64,000 nt of DNA from Camelus dromedarius (GCF_036321535.1 NC_087437.1:81222001-81286000), one strand, 5' to 3'. Counted from the first letter of the stretch, positions 1 through 13,718 are shown. The notes: a model not told the origin generated them from the letters alone. A program made the numbers and translations.

Positions 1-1849
1 ATGACTTCTAAAGCCTTTTATAATTGGAAGAGGAGGATGGAAATCAGTGTTGTGTTTCCGGCTCGCTAATGCTATCAGTGTTAAGCCTCTGTAACTTACT
101 TGGTCATTCCCTTAAAAACCATCATTTAGTACCAGGAGGAATTTGAAGCCAAAATTAAATCAAGAAAATGGTTTCTTTTATAACCCAAGATAATCCAACA
201 TGTTTATTTTCATCTTTAGAAAACTCTCCTGCCTGTTCTTCCCCTAACATGTTCCGACAAACTTCTTTTTCCTTCTCAATGTGTCGTAACGTATCATTTT
301 GTGTTACTGTAACTTATTAAGATGACAGTTCTTCTGGCACAATTATTTCCCCCTGAGCAATAAACAGTTATCTTTAGAGATGTCTCTTGACAGAACTAAG
401 GATGGTCAGCCTCAGTCTTTTCATTAGAACCCACTTCGCAAGCTCCCTTTAGGAGTTCATGGCTAATTATTTTTGGTGTTTAATTCTTGCTATGTGTACT
501 TAAGCTCTATAAATGACTTAAAGACTTGAAAGGTGAAGTGATCAGTCTACTCAAGGAATGGTCTACTCGTTGGAAAGTTCTGGCCCCAGGTTTGCTCAGT
601 GGGCTCGAAAAGAGGTTGAACTCTACATTTGGACCTTATTGTCCACCCCTGAGGTGTTGATTAGCACAAGTCTGGCCCCCAACTGGATTAAGCCCTAGAG
701 AGGGAAAAGAAAAATTGGAATAAATGGTGGCGTTGATACTTTGAGATCTGGAAAATAGAACTCAAGTATAGCAGATGGTTTACAGATTTCCTGTGGTCTC
801 TTAGAGATTTATAGTCTCAGCCTTTGGGTTTTCTTTGTGAGTATTTTCTCGCAGTCAGGATTTTCAGACTTCAAGGCCAACCAGAAAGATATTTTATGTT
901 TCCATGAATTGAAGAGAGTGTTATTTGCTTATGTGAGTGGCACTGGAAACTCTGTGTGTGGTGTTTGTGAATACTCTTTTCATCCAGCTACTTCTTGATG
1001 GTCCTCTTGTATTTTCTCCTTGTTTCTTCCATATGTGCTTAGGAGTCTGTTTCCATGCAGAGTATGGCCACACAAGCATATGGCAGGTAATTGTGTAGCA
1101 GAGGAAGAGATTTGTGCGCATGTGTGTGTCATAAAATAAGTAAAGGACCTGTTCATTTATTCTCCTTGATTTGTACTAAGAGCATAAACTACCCAACAGT
1201 CAAACTCATTGTTCACTGTAATGGGAATCTTACAGATTAATTCCATGGAGTCTCCCTATGACCCAGGCCCTGGGGTAAATTTTGCATAAAGAGCATGACA
1301 GAACAATTTATGTCCTAGTGAGTTCATGCAGGCTTTCATCTAAGTACTTTTAAAAAGAAATCTTCCCCATAGCTATTAATATTCATGGAATTTGGATAAA
1401 ATAAATGGATAAAATCCTGATAACTGGACATGCTTTGTCTATGCTGCATTGATTCCAGAGCAATAGCAAAGTATTTTTAGTGTGAATTTTGCATTTAATC
1501 AGTTTTTTAAGAGAGAAAATAAAATGTACAACCAATGAAACAGAATTTAGCAATGCAATTTTAGGAAGTTATAAACAAATGGTAATGTGACTTATTTCAT
1601 ATCGTTGTTGTGTTTTCTGTGAAATATAAAAGTAAAGTTTAGTAATCATGATTACAAGTTACTATTGTTTTTTGAAAGAAATATTGCTATTTATAACCTT
1701 TGAATTGGAAATAACTATTGTACTCACATTAGACGGTGCAAATTTTGGTACCATTTCTGTTCTGTGAACGTAAGATTAGAAATAGTACTTAATGTTGAAT
1801 AGCTGAAGCATTTCACCCACTAAAGTAAACATTGGTGATAGAAGATGTT

Positions 1850-2030
1850 TGCCCCAGTGAATCTCAATTTCATTGTCTAGAAAATGGAGATACTACCCCC
1901 TTAGCTATAACATGGGGCAAATGTCTACCTCATCTATTTTTCAGGTATGTTTAGAGACTTAAATAAGCTAATATATGAGAAAGTGCTGTGCCAACTGTAA
2001 AGGGCTGTCCAGACATCACGGTGGTAGCTT
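1850..2030. mobile_element. MIR SINE fragment, degenerate
   Basis: MIR core-like ctcaatttcattgtctagaaaatggagatactacc; boundaries approximate. Confidence 0.55.
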
Positions 2031-2147
2031 TTACGAAGTAGAAAGACTGAGCTGTAGGCTTTGTGCAAATAACCTCAGTGTGACCGCTCTTTTCTTCTTT
2101 GGAAACCTCTCCTTAAGTTGCCATCTGACTTCATGTATGTTTATACT

Positions 2148-2463
2148 TTTTTTTTTTCCTGAAGTATAGTCGTTTTGCAATGTTGTGTTAATTTCTGGTG
2201 TACAGCATAGTGATTCAGTTATATATATATATGTATTCCTTTTCATATTTTTTTATTATAGGCTATTACAAAATACTGAATATAGTCCCCTGTGCTATAC
2301 AGTAGGACCTTGTTGTTTATATCTTTTAGACATAGTGTGTATCTGCAAATCCTAAACTCTCAATTTATCCCTCCACCCCACCTTCTCCCCCTGGTAACCA
2401 TAAGTTTGTTTTCCATGTCTGTGAGTCTGTTTCTGATTTGTAAATAAGTTCATTTGTGTCGTT
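2148..2463 (-). mobile_element. 5'-truncated L1 3'-end insertion with target-site duplication
   Basis: Poly-T then gaagtatagtcgttttgcaatgttgtgttaatttctggtgtacagc (antisense L1 3' UTR type); flanked by tatgtttatact at 2136-2147 and 2464-2475. Confidence 0.85.
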
Positions 2464-2774
2464 TATGTTTATACTCTTTGAAGCCACTTGATTTAGAGCT
2501 GGCACTACCTCATTGCAAACGTATAGCATTATGCTCACATCACCTAAAGGCCAGTGTCGGGGCTCACTGCATTAAAGGCCTTTAGTTCAGGACAAGAAGG
2601 ACTAGATGCAAATCTTGGTGATTGCTGACACATTAGTGACAAGACCAGTAGCTCGCAGCCAAAACCACTCACACCTACATAAAACTGTGCTCCTTTAGCC
2701 AGCATGTCATGAAATCTTTAAAAATTAATAAAAAATTAATACCTTCTCTTTTGTTTTACCTTTTCTTTTAAAAG

Positions 2775-2840
2775 CAGCTTATGATGTTTTCTCAAGCTCT
2801 ACAACATCAGATGAGCCTGAAATATCAGAGCCCTACACAG
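2775..2840 (+). CDS. ABI3BP: ABI3BP exon, 66 bp, (A)AYDVFSSSTTSDEPEISEPYT; alternative start 2778 (AAGCAG)
   Basis: Pyrimidine tract + aaag acceptor, CAG|gtatac donor, open phase-1 frame. Confidence 0.85.
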
Positions 2841-3156
2841 GTATACCCAGCCTCTCAATTCATTTTTTGGATGCCAGGTGTTCTGACAATACCACACCTG
2901 GTTCCCTCTGCAGAGTGAAAAAGTGTTCTCTTCCAAGCCTAGAGGAGGGAAGGGGCAGTCTGTGTCAGGGAGATGAATTCTACCCACTTCTCCCATTGAG
3001 TGATTATTTCTTCACATCCATCAGTAAATTCTACCACGTGTGGGAGATGCAGATAGATTAGGTTACCACTGAGGCACAGTGAAACCATGGCCTGTTGCTC
3101 TGTTGTTCAGAATCATCCTTAAAAGATTTTAAATTCTTAAAGAGTTTTCTCTAGAG

Positions 3157-3375
3157 CAGTGGTTCTCCAGTGGGGGTATTTCTGCTCTCTTCCCCTCCAC
3201 TCCCGAAACTTCTGGCCATGGCTAGACATATTTTGGATTGTCACAACTGGGGAAGGCGTTACTGACATTTAGACACCAGGGATGCTGCTAAACCCTTACA
3301 ATGTACAGGACAGCCCCCCACAACAAAGAATTATCCAGCCCTTAAAGGGCAGTAGTGCCGAGGTGAGAAATCCGG
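3157..3375. mobile_element. MER20-like hAT-Charlie non-autonomous DNA transposon
   Basis: Starts cagtggttctc, ends gagaaatccgg; internal ttgtcacaactggg and ccagggatgctgctaaac motifs; ~220 bp. Confidence 0.8.
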
Positions 3376-3973
3376 CTCCAGGACATGTCATTCACTCATC
3401 TGCAGAGGTCCAGCTGGGTCTAATCTTTGGCCTTCACTTACTGCCCCATCTGCAGTGACTTTAACGCAGTCCAGTAGCTCCTTTTAGCAAGCGTTTGTTA
3501 AGCGCTCACTAAACAAGTTCCTGCAGGAGATTCAGAGTAAATAAGACTGGTCTCTGCCACACAAAGACACATGTCTGGTATTTTTTGCATGGCCTTAGCT
3601 CTATGCATGCCCTGACAAAGGTAAATAATTTTAAACGGCAGGAGAAAATAAGGAAAAAAATGAAATAGAATGCTTAGAGTGGGTTCAACCGGTAGTTAAG
3701 AAGCAGAGGGAAGGAACCTGAAAAACCAGTTGAAAACAAGTTGACTATATGAAACACGGTTTTATCATGGTTTCTAACATTTAAAATATGTACGTTTTTA
3801 AAAGTGAGCTCATCTTCAACTCCTAATGAATCACTAGGTTAAAAATATTCAGCAATCTCTCAAGTATGCTTGATGTTTTTCCCCATTTGAAGCATAATTT
3901 ATTACTCATGAATTTGTATTTTATTCCTGGGGCCTTCTACGGCTTTTATAAATGTTGACATTTATTCCAACAG

Positions 3974-4048
3974 CAACAAGCGATCTGTTTCTGGATTCTG
4001 TCCCACCTAAAACTTCTAGAACTCTTGAACAGCCAAGGGCAACACTGG
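3974..4048 (+). CDS. ABI3BP: ABI3BP exon, 75 bp, (A)TSDLFLDSVPPKTSRTLEQPRATL
   Basis: ccaacag acceptor, G|gtaatg donor, open frame. Confidence 0.9.
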
Positions 4049-4594
4049 GTAATGTTTTTAACAGAAAAATTGTACTTTGTTTTCCATCAAAAGAAAATTC
4101 ATGTGAATGCCTTTCTTCCAAGTGACCATTTCATTCCATCACATCTAATCATTTATTTCTTTCCTATTTCTGAATATAATACAAATTTTTTTCCTATAAT
4201 GCAGGCATCTTGTTTCCATTTTGGGCTCTCTCTTTCCTTTTTTGAACTGTATAGATGATATGTTTTCCATCCTTAAAAGAATGAAAAGCTTTGAAAGCTG
4301 CATGGACATCTTCATCACCCATCTCATCCCATCTCATGTGTTTGTGGCCTGCATCACCTGTCTCCCACGCATTGAATCTGCCTGGAGTCAGCTGCTGAAA
4401 AATTTCATTCTGACCTTTCCCCCACTTTAAATGATCATTTCATCCACCAGCTTTCAAGACCACATGCATTTTTCATCCTCCGTCATGCACTGGTAGCATG
4501 TGCTTTGTAACACCATCTAAAAGCATGTTGAACCTCTTAAAATGCCTCATTTTAACTGGAATTACTTGGTGGGATGGGGGATTTGTGTTTTCAG

Positions 4595-4669
4595 CTCCAA
4601 GGGAAACACCGTTTGTTCCTCAAAAACCGGAAATCTTTACCAGTCCTGAAATGCAACCTACAACACCTG
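4595..4669 (+). CDS. ABI3BP: ABI3BP exon, 75 bp, (A)PRETPFVPQKPEIFTSPEMQPTTP
   Basis: ttttcag acceptor, G|gtaact donor, open frame. Confidence 0.9.
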
Positions 4670-5621
4670 GTAACTAATGACATTTATTTAGTTGTGTATT
4701 TTGAAAAAATAGATAAAGTGATAAGAAGAATCAGTCATGTTGGCCTTTTCAGAAAATTTTTGGCAGTAAATATTTCCCTTCATTCTCTACCATGAAATTC
4801 TTTAAAGAAGTGGGTTATCAATTGTACTTAGCCTTGTGATGATCCTCAAAGAATCTTCATAATCTTGGTGCCTACATATATATTTTTTTTAATTGAGCTA
4901 AAATGAATCCATAATACTAATTTCAGATGAACAACCTAATGATTCAATCTTTGCAGATTATTTTGAAGAATTATTTCCTTTGTACCCTTCTTTCAAATTT
5001 TCCCAACCAGAAAAATAGCAGTGAAATTATAGATGATACTTGTTTTAAAAGATATTCTCTTCGGTTAACGTTTAGATACCACTTGGTCAGAGTATTTTTC
5101 TCAAAGTAGTCTAAGTATAAAGAGAACCAAGTAGGCTCTGTAGTCCTGGCCGTGATGAAGAAAGATGAGTGAAAGCGGGGAACTCAACCTGTATTCTATG
5201 ACAAAATTATTGGAATCATGAAGTTCATTAACTCCTGGTGAGGTTAGTAATGACCTACAGAATTAAAGAAGTTCTAAAATTTCCATTCTCTAAATTCCAA
5301 GTACTTGTGCTTCTCCCCCGCTGTGTGCTAAACCATCTCTTGAGTTCTTAACTGTACCTTGTATTCCTAAATTCCTCCCTTTCTGGGACATTTAACTGAA
5401 CAATGTACCTTCCATTTTCACATAGACATTGAATTCCTTTGGCCCAATCAACACTTACTTACGGAGCACCTACTGTGTATAAAACACAGTGTGGGGCATT
5501 CTAGGGATACAAAGAATTAAAAAGCAGTTCTTGTACTCAAGAGATTTACAAGTTTATAGCTACAGTCTGATTGATTCCTGAGGAGTATCATTTATCAAAG
5601 CTCTACTAAATCTTCTTTCAG

Positions 5622-5696
5622 CTCCCCTGCAAACTACATCTGTCCCTTCTACTCCTAAACGACGCCCCCGGCCCAAAACACCAAGAACTAAACCTG
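5622..5696 (+). CDS. ABI3BP: ABI3BP exon, 75 bp, (A)PLQTTSVPSTPKRRPRPKTPRTKP
   Basis: tcttctttcag acceptor, G|gtaaat donor, open frame. Confidence 0.92.
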
Positions 5697-6601
5697 GTAA
5701 ATAATTGTCTCTTTAACCTTTCAGGACATTTAATTCCAAATAGATATTGTCTACCTCCTTATCATAAAAAGAAATGCTATGATTCTATAGATTAAAAGTT
5801 CTTTATAAAATCTGAAATTAACTGAAGATGAATAATTAATGCACAATAATAAAAATCAAACATTTTCAAAAAGATTTTATTGAAAATTATCTAAGTGATG
5901 TTCTTGCATGTAAATTTTGGCATAAACCTAGAAACAAGCCCTCCTGTTACAGCAATATAGAGTGTAATTTATTTTCCTGGTGTGCATCTGTATTTGAGGG
6001 TTTATTAGGCTACCAGTTCTTGTTTTTGGTGCAGAACACGTTTTCAGGTTTTGTACTAGGGCGATGGCTGAGATGGAGAGGACGTGACCCTGCCTTTCTC
6101 ATTGCTCATAACCTTCAAAGATAATACATCATAAACAGAGAGTAACGTAAGATTATATACTCTGCTTGTGAGGTTATGGTACTTTGCAGAAGCTCAGAAA
6201 AAGAAAGGAAGAGTTGAGGATGTATAGCCTTAAAATATGTGCAGGGTTTAGCCAGAGGGAAAGGGGAGGGGAACAATGTATGTTATGGCCCAGAGTTTGA
6301 GGTAGAGGTAGTTTATCACCTTAGAGGTGATATTCTTCATTGTGTAATGATAAACTCAGAATCATGCTCAATAAACTGGGTGCTGCTTATTCCATAGCTT
6401 ATTTCCATTTTTTTATACCCTACACTATTATGACTGAATTTAAAAAGTCCTTCCCAGAACCTTTACTCACTGTGTACTTCCTAAACACTGACTAAATATG
6501 GTAGGATTTTAAAAGGGTCGTTCAGTTCCTCCTTGGAGGATTTTTTTTAATTGTCTCTAGAATATCTCAATATATATTTTTTTTTTCCTTTCCATCACCA
6601 G

Positions 6602-6673
6602 AAAGAACCACAAGTCCTGGAACAATTACATCTAAAATTTCTAAAAGCCCTGAACCTACACGGACGACACTGG
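6602..6673 (+). CDS. ABI3BP: ABI3BP exon, 72 bp, (E)RTTSPGTITSKISKSPEPTRTTL
   Basis: Long T tract + accag acceptor, G|gtaaca donor, open frame. Confidence 0.9.
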
Positions 6674-7464
6674 GTAACAATATATCCGTAGTAGATGTGT
6701 TACTTCATTTCACATGGAAAATCCTGTATCCCCGCCTCTATGTCATGTCTCAGTCACTATTCTAATAGAAGCTTTTCTACAATACGACATATCTCATTCA
6801 GTACATCAACTCCATGGCTGCTATGGTTTTGGATGGCTGGCCCGACAGTTAGTGGATATGAACTCAGCACTTAGACATCATCCTGTACCTTGGAAAGCTA
6901 TTAAACCTCTGGTGCTTTCTCATCTTCTACCCAGTCATTGTTTTTGAAGTTGAGTCTTATACATAGTTCTCTATTTTTTGGAGTAAAGCCCTCAAATTCA
7001 ACTTGATCTGGAAAAAAGCTTTCTAGTATGATATTAGTAAAATTTCTTTATGCTTGCAGATCATAGTGGTACACCTATCAGTAAATACCAATTTTAAAAC
7101 ATTTTCTGGTGCTTTAAAGATTTAGATACAGTGGAGAAATGTGAAGTAAGGTACAAAATCAAGACGCTGATTCTGTTATTTTTTAAACCATGGGTTAAAA
7201 TCACTGTCTTACTTTGTGTTTTTACTGTGACTATTTAGCAGCAATGCTATGTCTCTTGAAATGTTTTCTCAAACCAGATGAAAATTTAGTACTGTATTTT
7301 CATTAAATTCTGCTTGTGAAAGTTTATTTTAATGGAATAGTTCTAAAATCATTCCAGGTGATGGGTTTATTTCCCCTTAAAGTATAGGTTTTCCTTTTAT
7401 GGTTTTAGACACTGTAATGCCTCAATATTGATTTGTTGATTATTTTGTTTCTTTATTTTTCCAG

Positions 7465-7539
7465 CTCCCAGTAAAACACAATTTATTTCTTTGAAACCTA
7501 AAATTCCTCTCAGTCCAGAAGTGAAACACACCAGACCTG
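7465..7539 (+). CDS. ABI3BP: ABI3BP exon, 75 bp, (A)PSKTQFISLKPKIPLSPEVKHTRP
   Basis: tttttccag acceptor, G|gtaatt donor, open frame. Confidence 0.9.
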
Positions 7540-10500
7540 GTAATTACCCCGAGTTTTATTTTGATCTTCCAAAAGTAGGATTGAAAAATCATTTTATGCC
7601 ACTCTTTGGAGCAAGAACTTCTGCTTTGCATTTTGATATTTGATACATCTTTCCATGAAAAGAGCAAAAATGTGATGAGATGATCTCATTATAACCGGCC
7701 CCTCTGATATTATCACAGCATTGCTCTGAGCTACATGGTGGATTACTATGCTCACGACCATCACAGAGAAAACACAGAGATACAGTGATGTGTATGATTG
7801 GGGACTTCCTTGTCTAGAACTGCGAAATAGTTTCCAGTGCCAAAGCTGACTGGAATTTAGATCACACTGAACAGTAGCCTTTTAGCTGAGAAGTGGAGAA
7901 GTCTTTCCATCCCCTAAGAACTCTGCCTTGTTTGGGGGACTTCTCAGTTCTCAGGCTGCATGACCGGCAGTGGTTGTATTTTAATGTTCTATGACTTCTT
8001 TCTAAATGGAGCTGATTTCTGAACACTGACTTCTGTTTGCTTCTCAGGAGGTATTAGTGGTGTTTTGCTGAAGAAAAGAAGGCTTTTTTTTTTTTTTTTT
8101 TAGCAGGGAGGGGTTATTCTGTGTGTGTAATTAAAAACAGAGACAGGTCCCTGCATAAGGATTGCAGGACATATTAAGTGATCAAATCTTCATTTTTCCT
8201 CTCTGTCCAGAATCTAGACAGCAGTCTTCAATGTTGATTTATAAGACTGTATATGGGGAACTTTGTCACTACTCATCATTTTCATCAAAAAGTTAACCCC
8301 TTAGCTCTGAGAAGAATCTATTTCTCTCTGTAATGTTCAATGGATTTTTCATTAATGTGTATTTACAAAGTAGGATTGTTAAAGCAAGGGATTTTCTGCT
8401 TAAGTGGGCATGATTTGTTCTTTGCAGTGAAATGGGTAAGGAAGAAAAATGTAACTTCTCAGAAAAAGAATTCTCATGACTCCTTTTAAAGAGGCAGTGA
8501 GATTTCCAGGTGTTGGAGGTGTCAGATGGAAGGAAATGAGGGATTAAGCAGAGGGAGTATAGATGATGCTGTGACCATGGGTGAGCGCTCCAGGTCAGAG
8601 AAATGGAATGAAGTATTCTGACGCCAAGAGGTTATTTGGAGAAAGAAGCATAGCTAATAAAACTCAAGAGCCCTAGCAGTTTAAATCAAAGAACTCTGAC
8701 AGTTAGCTCTCAGAGAGAAGGGTTTAATGTACATTTGTTTAAAAGTTATGCCCAGAGGCCTTTAGAATGAGGTAGTAACTATTATATTTATACTATATTT
8801 TCAATAGGGGGCCATTAGCAAGCAGATGGAGAAGTATTCCTCTATGTTTGAGTCACCAAGTTTTAATAAATGTTTCTCCAATCTAATTATTTCTGTTATT
8901 ACCAGATAAAATTTGAAAAATATTAAAAAAAAGTCTCCAAATGTTGATTACCATTTACACATAAGTGGTATTATTAATTTTAGTTATTTCTAGGGGGAAA
9001 AAAAGGTTTCTGAGGGGAAATTGTTTAATTCAAGTTAGGGCAGGAGGATGTGTTCTCATCACTCTAAGGTATTTGAGCAAACAGACTTCTTAATTTGACA
9101 TTTCCTTTTAAAATGTGGGAAATTATTTGGAAGCCATTGAGTTTATGTTCCTTTGATCTCTACCTTCTAATCACCTAAGAACACGCACACTTCTCCCCCT
9201 TACAGCAACTACCAGTACTTAGAATCCACCTTAAACTTAAGCCAACTCGAGCTGACTTCAAGTAGTCTGTGGCAACGCAGAGTAATGGCTGGATCTCCGC
9301 AAACTATTGCTTGAGTTTTAGCTTTTGAAAATGCATTTACTTTATGGCAGCCACTGTTATAGCTCTGCTGAAGATTTCAGTTTCTAGCCAAGGTTCAGGA
9401 GAGCAAATAAAGCACCAAAAGCTTTCGGATTTGAGTCATCCATTGGCTTTCCCAGCCCTCTCCGCACACTCCTGTTTTTCCATTTCACTTTCCATCAGGC
9501 TGCTTTTCCTTTGGTTTTCCTTTGTGGTTCAACTAATGAGTAAAAACCCACATTGGTGTTGGCTTGTTTTAGAGGCAGAATCCAGCAGTTTCTTGAGAAT
9601 CCCAGCCATCTACCGTGTGCCAGCTTGTCTGCCTCATCCAGTAGGAATTGTTTCCTTCTTAGTGAGTTGTTAAGAGTGTAAGAACATTCAACTTTTCAAG
9701 CCCTTAATGAACTGAAAAAAAGGGAGAGACCTCCGATTACCGGTGTTTGTGGCACACAGTTCTCTGACACGGTGGGTGGAATTGTAAATTGTACCCCTCG
9801 TTAGTCACAAATCCATGAGCGGGTTTTACTTTTCTTTGTTTTGTGCTCGGGTGACTGGCAGTTATTTGCATGCCATTCAGCTTTTTTTATGGAACATTTT
9901 TATACCTTTATCCGTAACACCTTAACGCTGTGAAATGAGGAAGTCTTATTAGAAGATCTGTTTGTTTTTCATAAATACAGACGCTATTATTTTTATATGC
10001 AGCTTATTTGGAAGCTTAGTTGATGGGGTTCCAGACCTATTTGGTCTCAGTCTCAGGAATTCAAAAATGCTGATTTTTCTTTATGAAATTCAAAAGACAG
10101 CCTTCACAAAGATTAAAGAATGCTAAAAGATGCTACAAGTAGAAAATCTTTTTCACACTTGTAGAAGGCAACTTTGTAGAAATTAAAACATAAATTACAA
10201 ACTTGACGTTTGAAGAGAAATTTTTGTTTTTGCTCTTTTTGGGTGTGGATGCTTTTTTTGATATTTATTATATTTAATTACTGATATTTATTTTCCTTTT
10301 CTCCTATAGAATCTGAGACACCCTCTACTCCCTCCCCCCACCCCCAAACACTTTTAAGATTGCTTTGTGTATTTCTATCTGATACATCATTACAGCTTTG
10401 CCACTTCTCTGTTGTGATCTATTTCTGACAAGTTCTTGAGAAATCAGAATTCTTTTTTTGGACACAGACATTCTAATGAATGATGCCGACTTTCAGTAGC

Positions 10501-10581
10501 ACCTTGTGCTACTATGCTTTGCTTTCAGAATAAAGGAAAATTCTCTTTCTGAATTATTTATTGTTATATATTCTTTTTTAG

Positions 10582-10650
10582 TTGCTAAGAAGTCACTGCT
10601 TGCTTCCCCCAAACTTTCTGTACCTCTAGAAATATCAGCGATAACTCCTG
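10582..10650 (+). CDS. ABI3BP: Candidate ABI3BP exon, 69 bp, (V)AKKSLLASPKLSVPLEISAITP
   Basis: ttcttttttag acceptor, CCTG|gtaaat donor typical of this array, open phase-1 frame; peptide not recognised from the human protein. Confidence 0.5.
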
Positions 10651-11571
10651 GTAAATGTAATATAAGAAATATCTAAATGCAGAATGAGTTAAGTTCTGTT
10701 AAGCTGTTGCATATTAATTATTTTCTTTCTGTAAGAAAAAAAGTCCATCTTCACTTTTCTGTTTCAAAAATTTGAGTTCCTTTTTATTTTCTTCTTGAAA
10801 GAAAAGAATTCTTTTCTGTAGAGTAAGAAACCTATGGTATGATCTACTTTTTAAGAGCCCAAACATTGTAACCAAACTATATTCAGCAAAGTATAATTTA
10901 TAATCTGAATGACATTGGAGAGTTTATCTGTCAGACTATTTAGATAACATTGTTACTCATTTATTCAGCTTGTCGTGAAATCTGAGATTACTTTCTGACT
11001 TCTGTTGATTTGCTGATTTCAATAGAATAAATGTCGTATGTAAATCAATTTGTTCACCAGCAGTAGATGCTAATAAATCTGGGGAACACCATCTGAACAC
11101 TTGTGGCCCTTTTTAGCCCATACATTCAATTCCTATTTTTTGTGAAAGAATGTCAGACCCAGTCAGGCTGAAAATCATCCCAAACAGAGCTCAGACATGG
11201 TTGCAGGTCTGACGGGTCTGTGGTCTCTTCCCATTTCCTTGGATGAAGCTAACCTTCCTGCATGAAAACAAGATGGCAGGTGAACCTCTCGGAGAGGCTA
11301 CCCTGACCTCTCTTTAAAGTTGTATCTCCTCAGGCACGCAGAGGAGTGGTGGGGAAAACAGCTAAAAATCGACAACAAAAATTAGATTTCTCAGTTCTTT
11401 CTTCTATTGTAGCTTGTGGGGAGGCTGTGGGGTGATTGAGCTTTACGTCATAAGCCAATGGAATCTGATTGTTCACCAGTGAAAATTACCCTTGTGCTGG
11501 TAAAGGGTATTTAATTTCTACCTTAAGACGGTGCTTTTCAGCGTCCCCTTTAACACTTGCTTTCATTGCAG

Positions 11572-11613
11572 CACTGGAACCTGAGACTCCACCACCACCA
11601 CAGTCACCAATAG
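11572..11613 (+). CDS. ABI3BP: ABI3BP exon, 42 bp, (A)LEPETPPPPQSPI
   Basis: tttcattgcag acceptor, TAG|gtaatg donor, open frame. Confidence 0.85.
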   Translation, partial: HWNLRLHHHHSHQ

Positions 11614-12437
11614 GTAATGATGTTTCCTCCACTGAGTGAAAAAGAACTACCTTTATTTCACACCCTCTGCATTCAGCTTTGTTTTAAGCTTTGGCCTTTT
11701 AAAAATTATTTCTTCATTGTCCTTCAGATCTTTCTTTTCGCCATGTGCACTCTCTGCCTGTGTCGGACTAAGCAGGGGTTTTGAGGCGGCCAAGCAAGCT
11801 GTGCTTATTTGGTCAGTCCCATTCCTTACGGTCCCTCCTTGTATTTGGGGAGCGTGCCCCGAGCTTGTTGTAGCCTGGCTATTGCCCACAGAGGTCCCTG
11901 GCTTCGCTAGGGCGTATTTGTCCTTTCACTGTGGGAGGCGTTTTTCTTACTTTTACAACTCTAACATTTGCAGATTTTCTTGAAAAGCATTGTGGTCTTT
12001 CCAGATCGAAGTATCTCGAGGTGTCACTAGGAAATTCATTAAACAAGAGAAAGAGAAAAGCACTCACCCCAATCTTTATAGCTTCTTTTTCTTCAAGAGA
12101 GCAAGACGTGTGTTCTGCTGCTGCCATCTTGGCCAGTTACCTACATTTTCCTTCATAACATGAGCAGTTGGTTACTTTATTGCGTTCACATCTTCCAGAT
12201 GAGAATCGTGCCCCCTTTTTCCATTTGTCTTTCCAAACTTAACTGACTGGCTACATTTTTGTTCATTTTGTCTAGAAACACAGGACTCTATTTACATAAA
12301 AAAGCAATTTCTTACATGGATTTAAGTTTCACCGTTTGCTCAGCTTCATAATTAAAAATTAAGCATTTTTCATATTTACATACAGTTCATCATTTTTTCC
12401 TTTGATGTTGATTCCTTCTTGATCATTTTTCCTGCAG

Positions 12438-12485
12438 TCTTAGAACCTGAAACACTGGGAACTAAACCTTCAACAACAACATTAG
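12438..12485 (+). CDS. ABI3BP: ABI3BP exon, 48 bp, (V)LEPETLGTKPSTTTL
   Basis: tttttcctgcag acceptor, TAG|gtaatg donor. Confidence 0.88.
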
Positions 12486-13143
12486 GTAATGCAGTGAGTC
12501 AGTAACTTTTGTCTTTTCTTTTCTTGACTGCTGGAAACTTTATCAACAGGCTCCCATTAATGGGTTTGTTCATTAATGTTTATTTGCATATGTGTGTTCT
12601 CTGTTCTCTCAGAGAAAAATTTTAAACCCTAGTATTTAAAAATTATACATCTCATTCTTAAAAGGTTGTGTTCCCTGAAATAATTTCTGAATTCAAAGCC
12701 TTTTTACACATGTTACTGATTTGCAGATTTTTCAGTGCTAAAGTGAAAAACATCTCTTTTCGAATCTTAGGCCAAATTAATTTTAATTTTTATCCCTAGT
12801 GACTTCTTAAAAGTAACTTTTCTCATGTTCCCATTGAACATACACTTAAAAAAAGAAAAGGTTATGAGATTGCCTTCCCTAAGCTGTACAAAGTTCTGAG
12901 TTTTCCAACTTAGAGGAATAGAGAGATCTCTTGAACAGTTATTTATAAATATTTGGCCAGAAAAACCCCCATTATTCAAGACTCATTTAACTGGGTAAAT
13001 AATAATGGAAAGTTGCACAACAGAAATACGCATACCCGTAAGAAATCAAAGGGCTTCAGTGTGCTCCTAAGGTGAACGTGGTATTGATTGTCAGCTTGTA
13101 GAGCTACTGTTCCCGTATTAACTAGCTGATTTTCTTTCTTCAG

Positions 13144-13236
13144 CTCCACCAAAGACCAAACGACCAGGTCGTCGCCCTCGCCCTCGCCCTCGCCCTAAAA
13201 CCACACCTAGTCCAGATGTGCCCAAGTCCAAACCTG
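13144..13236 (+). CDS. ABI3BP: ABI3BP exon, 93 bp, (A)PPKTKRPGRRPRPRPRPKTTPSPDVPKSKP
   Basis: tttctttcttcag acceptor, G|gtaaat donor; internal (CGCCCT)x4. Confidence 0.92.
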
Positions 13237-13670
13237 GTAAATGTGATGTTCAGGGTTCCAACTAACATAGAAAGTGAAATATGGTGGTTTCTGGTAGGGT
13301 AGCTCCCTACCACCTAAATAGCTGGGCTTTAGGAACCTGTGTAGTTGATTTTTATATTTAAGCATCTATCCTTTCTATATTCACATTATATGGATATTTT
13401 ATTTATAGTTATTAAGTACACACAGCAGCAGTAAACTGGCCCACTACGTGGATCATTAAAGTAGGGCCCCTGAAATACCTTACCTGGGCTGCATATTCAT
13501 GGCAGATGAGGAATGGGAAAACAATGGGGACAGAAGGGGGAAATGGGAAAAATAAAAAGGAAGATGACATTCAGAAAAAGTACACCATCTAACTACAGAA
13601 TGAAGAGTAACATTTCTTTCCTCGAGATGCTGCTTCTTGACGTAGTGTTTTTGATTTTTTGCTTCTGTAG

Positions 13671-13718
13671 CTCTGGAACCTGCTACGGTACAACAGGAGC
13701 TCTTGGTGCCCACGATCG
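13671..13718 (+). CDS. ABI3BP: ABI3BP exon, 48 bp, (A)LEPATVQQELLVPTI
   Basis: gcttctgtag acceptor, G|gtaatt donor. Confidence 0.85.

Noticed and set aside
9206..9285. Acceptor-like ccccttacag followed by Thr-rich codons
   Set aside because: TAG in phase-1 frame after five codons and no array-type donor
10310..10370. Acceptor-like ctcctatag followed by ESETPSTPSP codons
   Set aside because: No convincing donor at a frame-preserving distance; at most a relic
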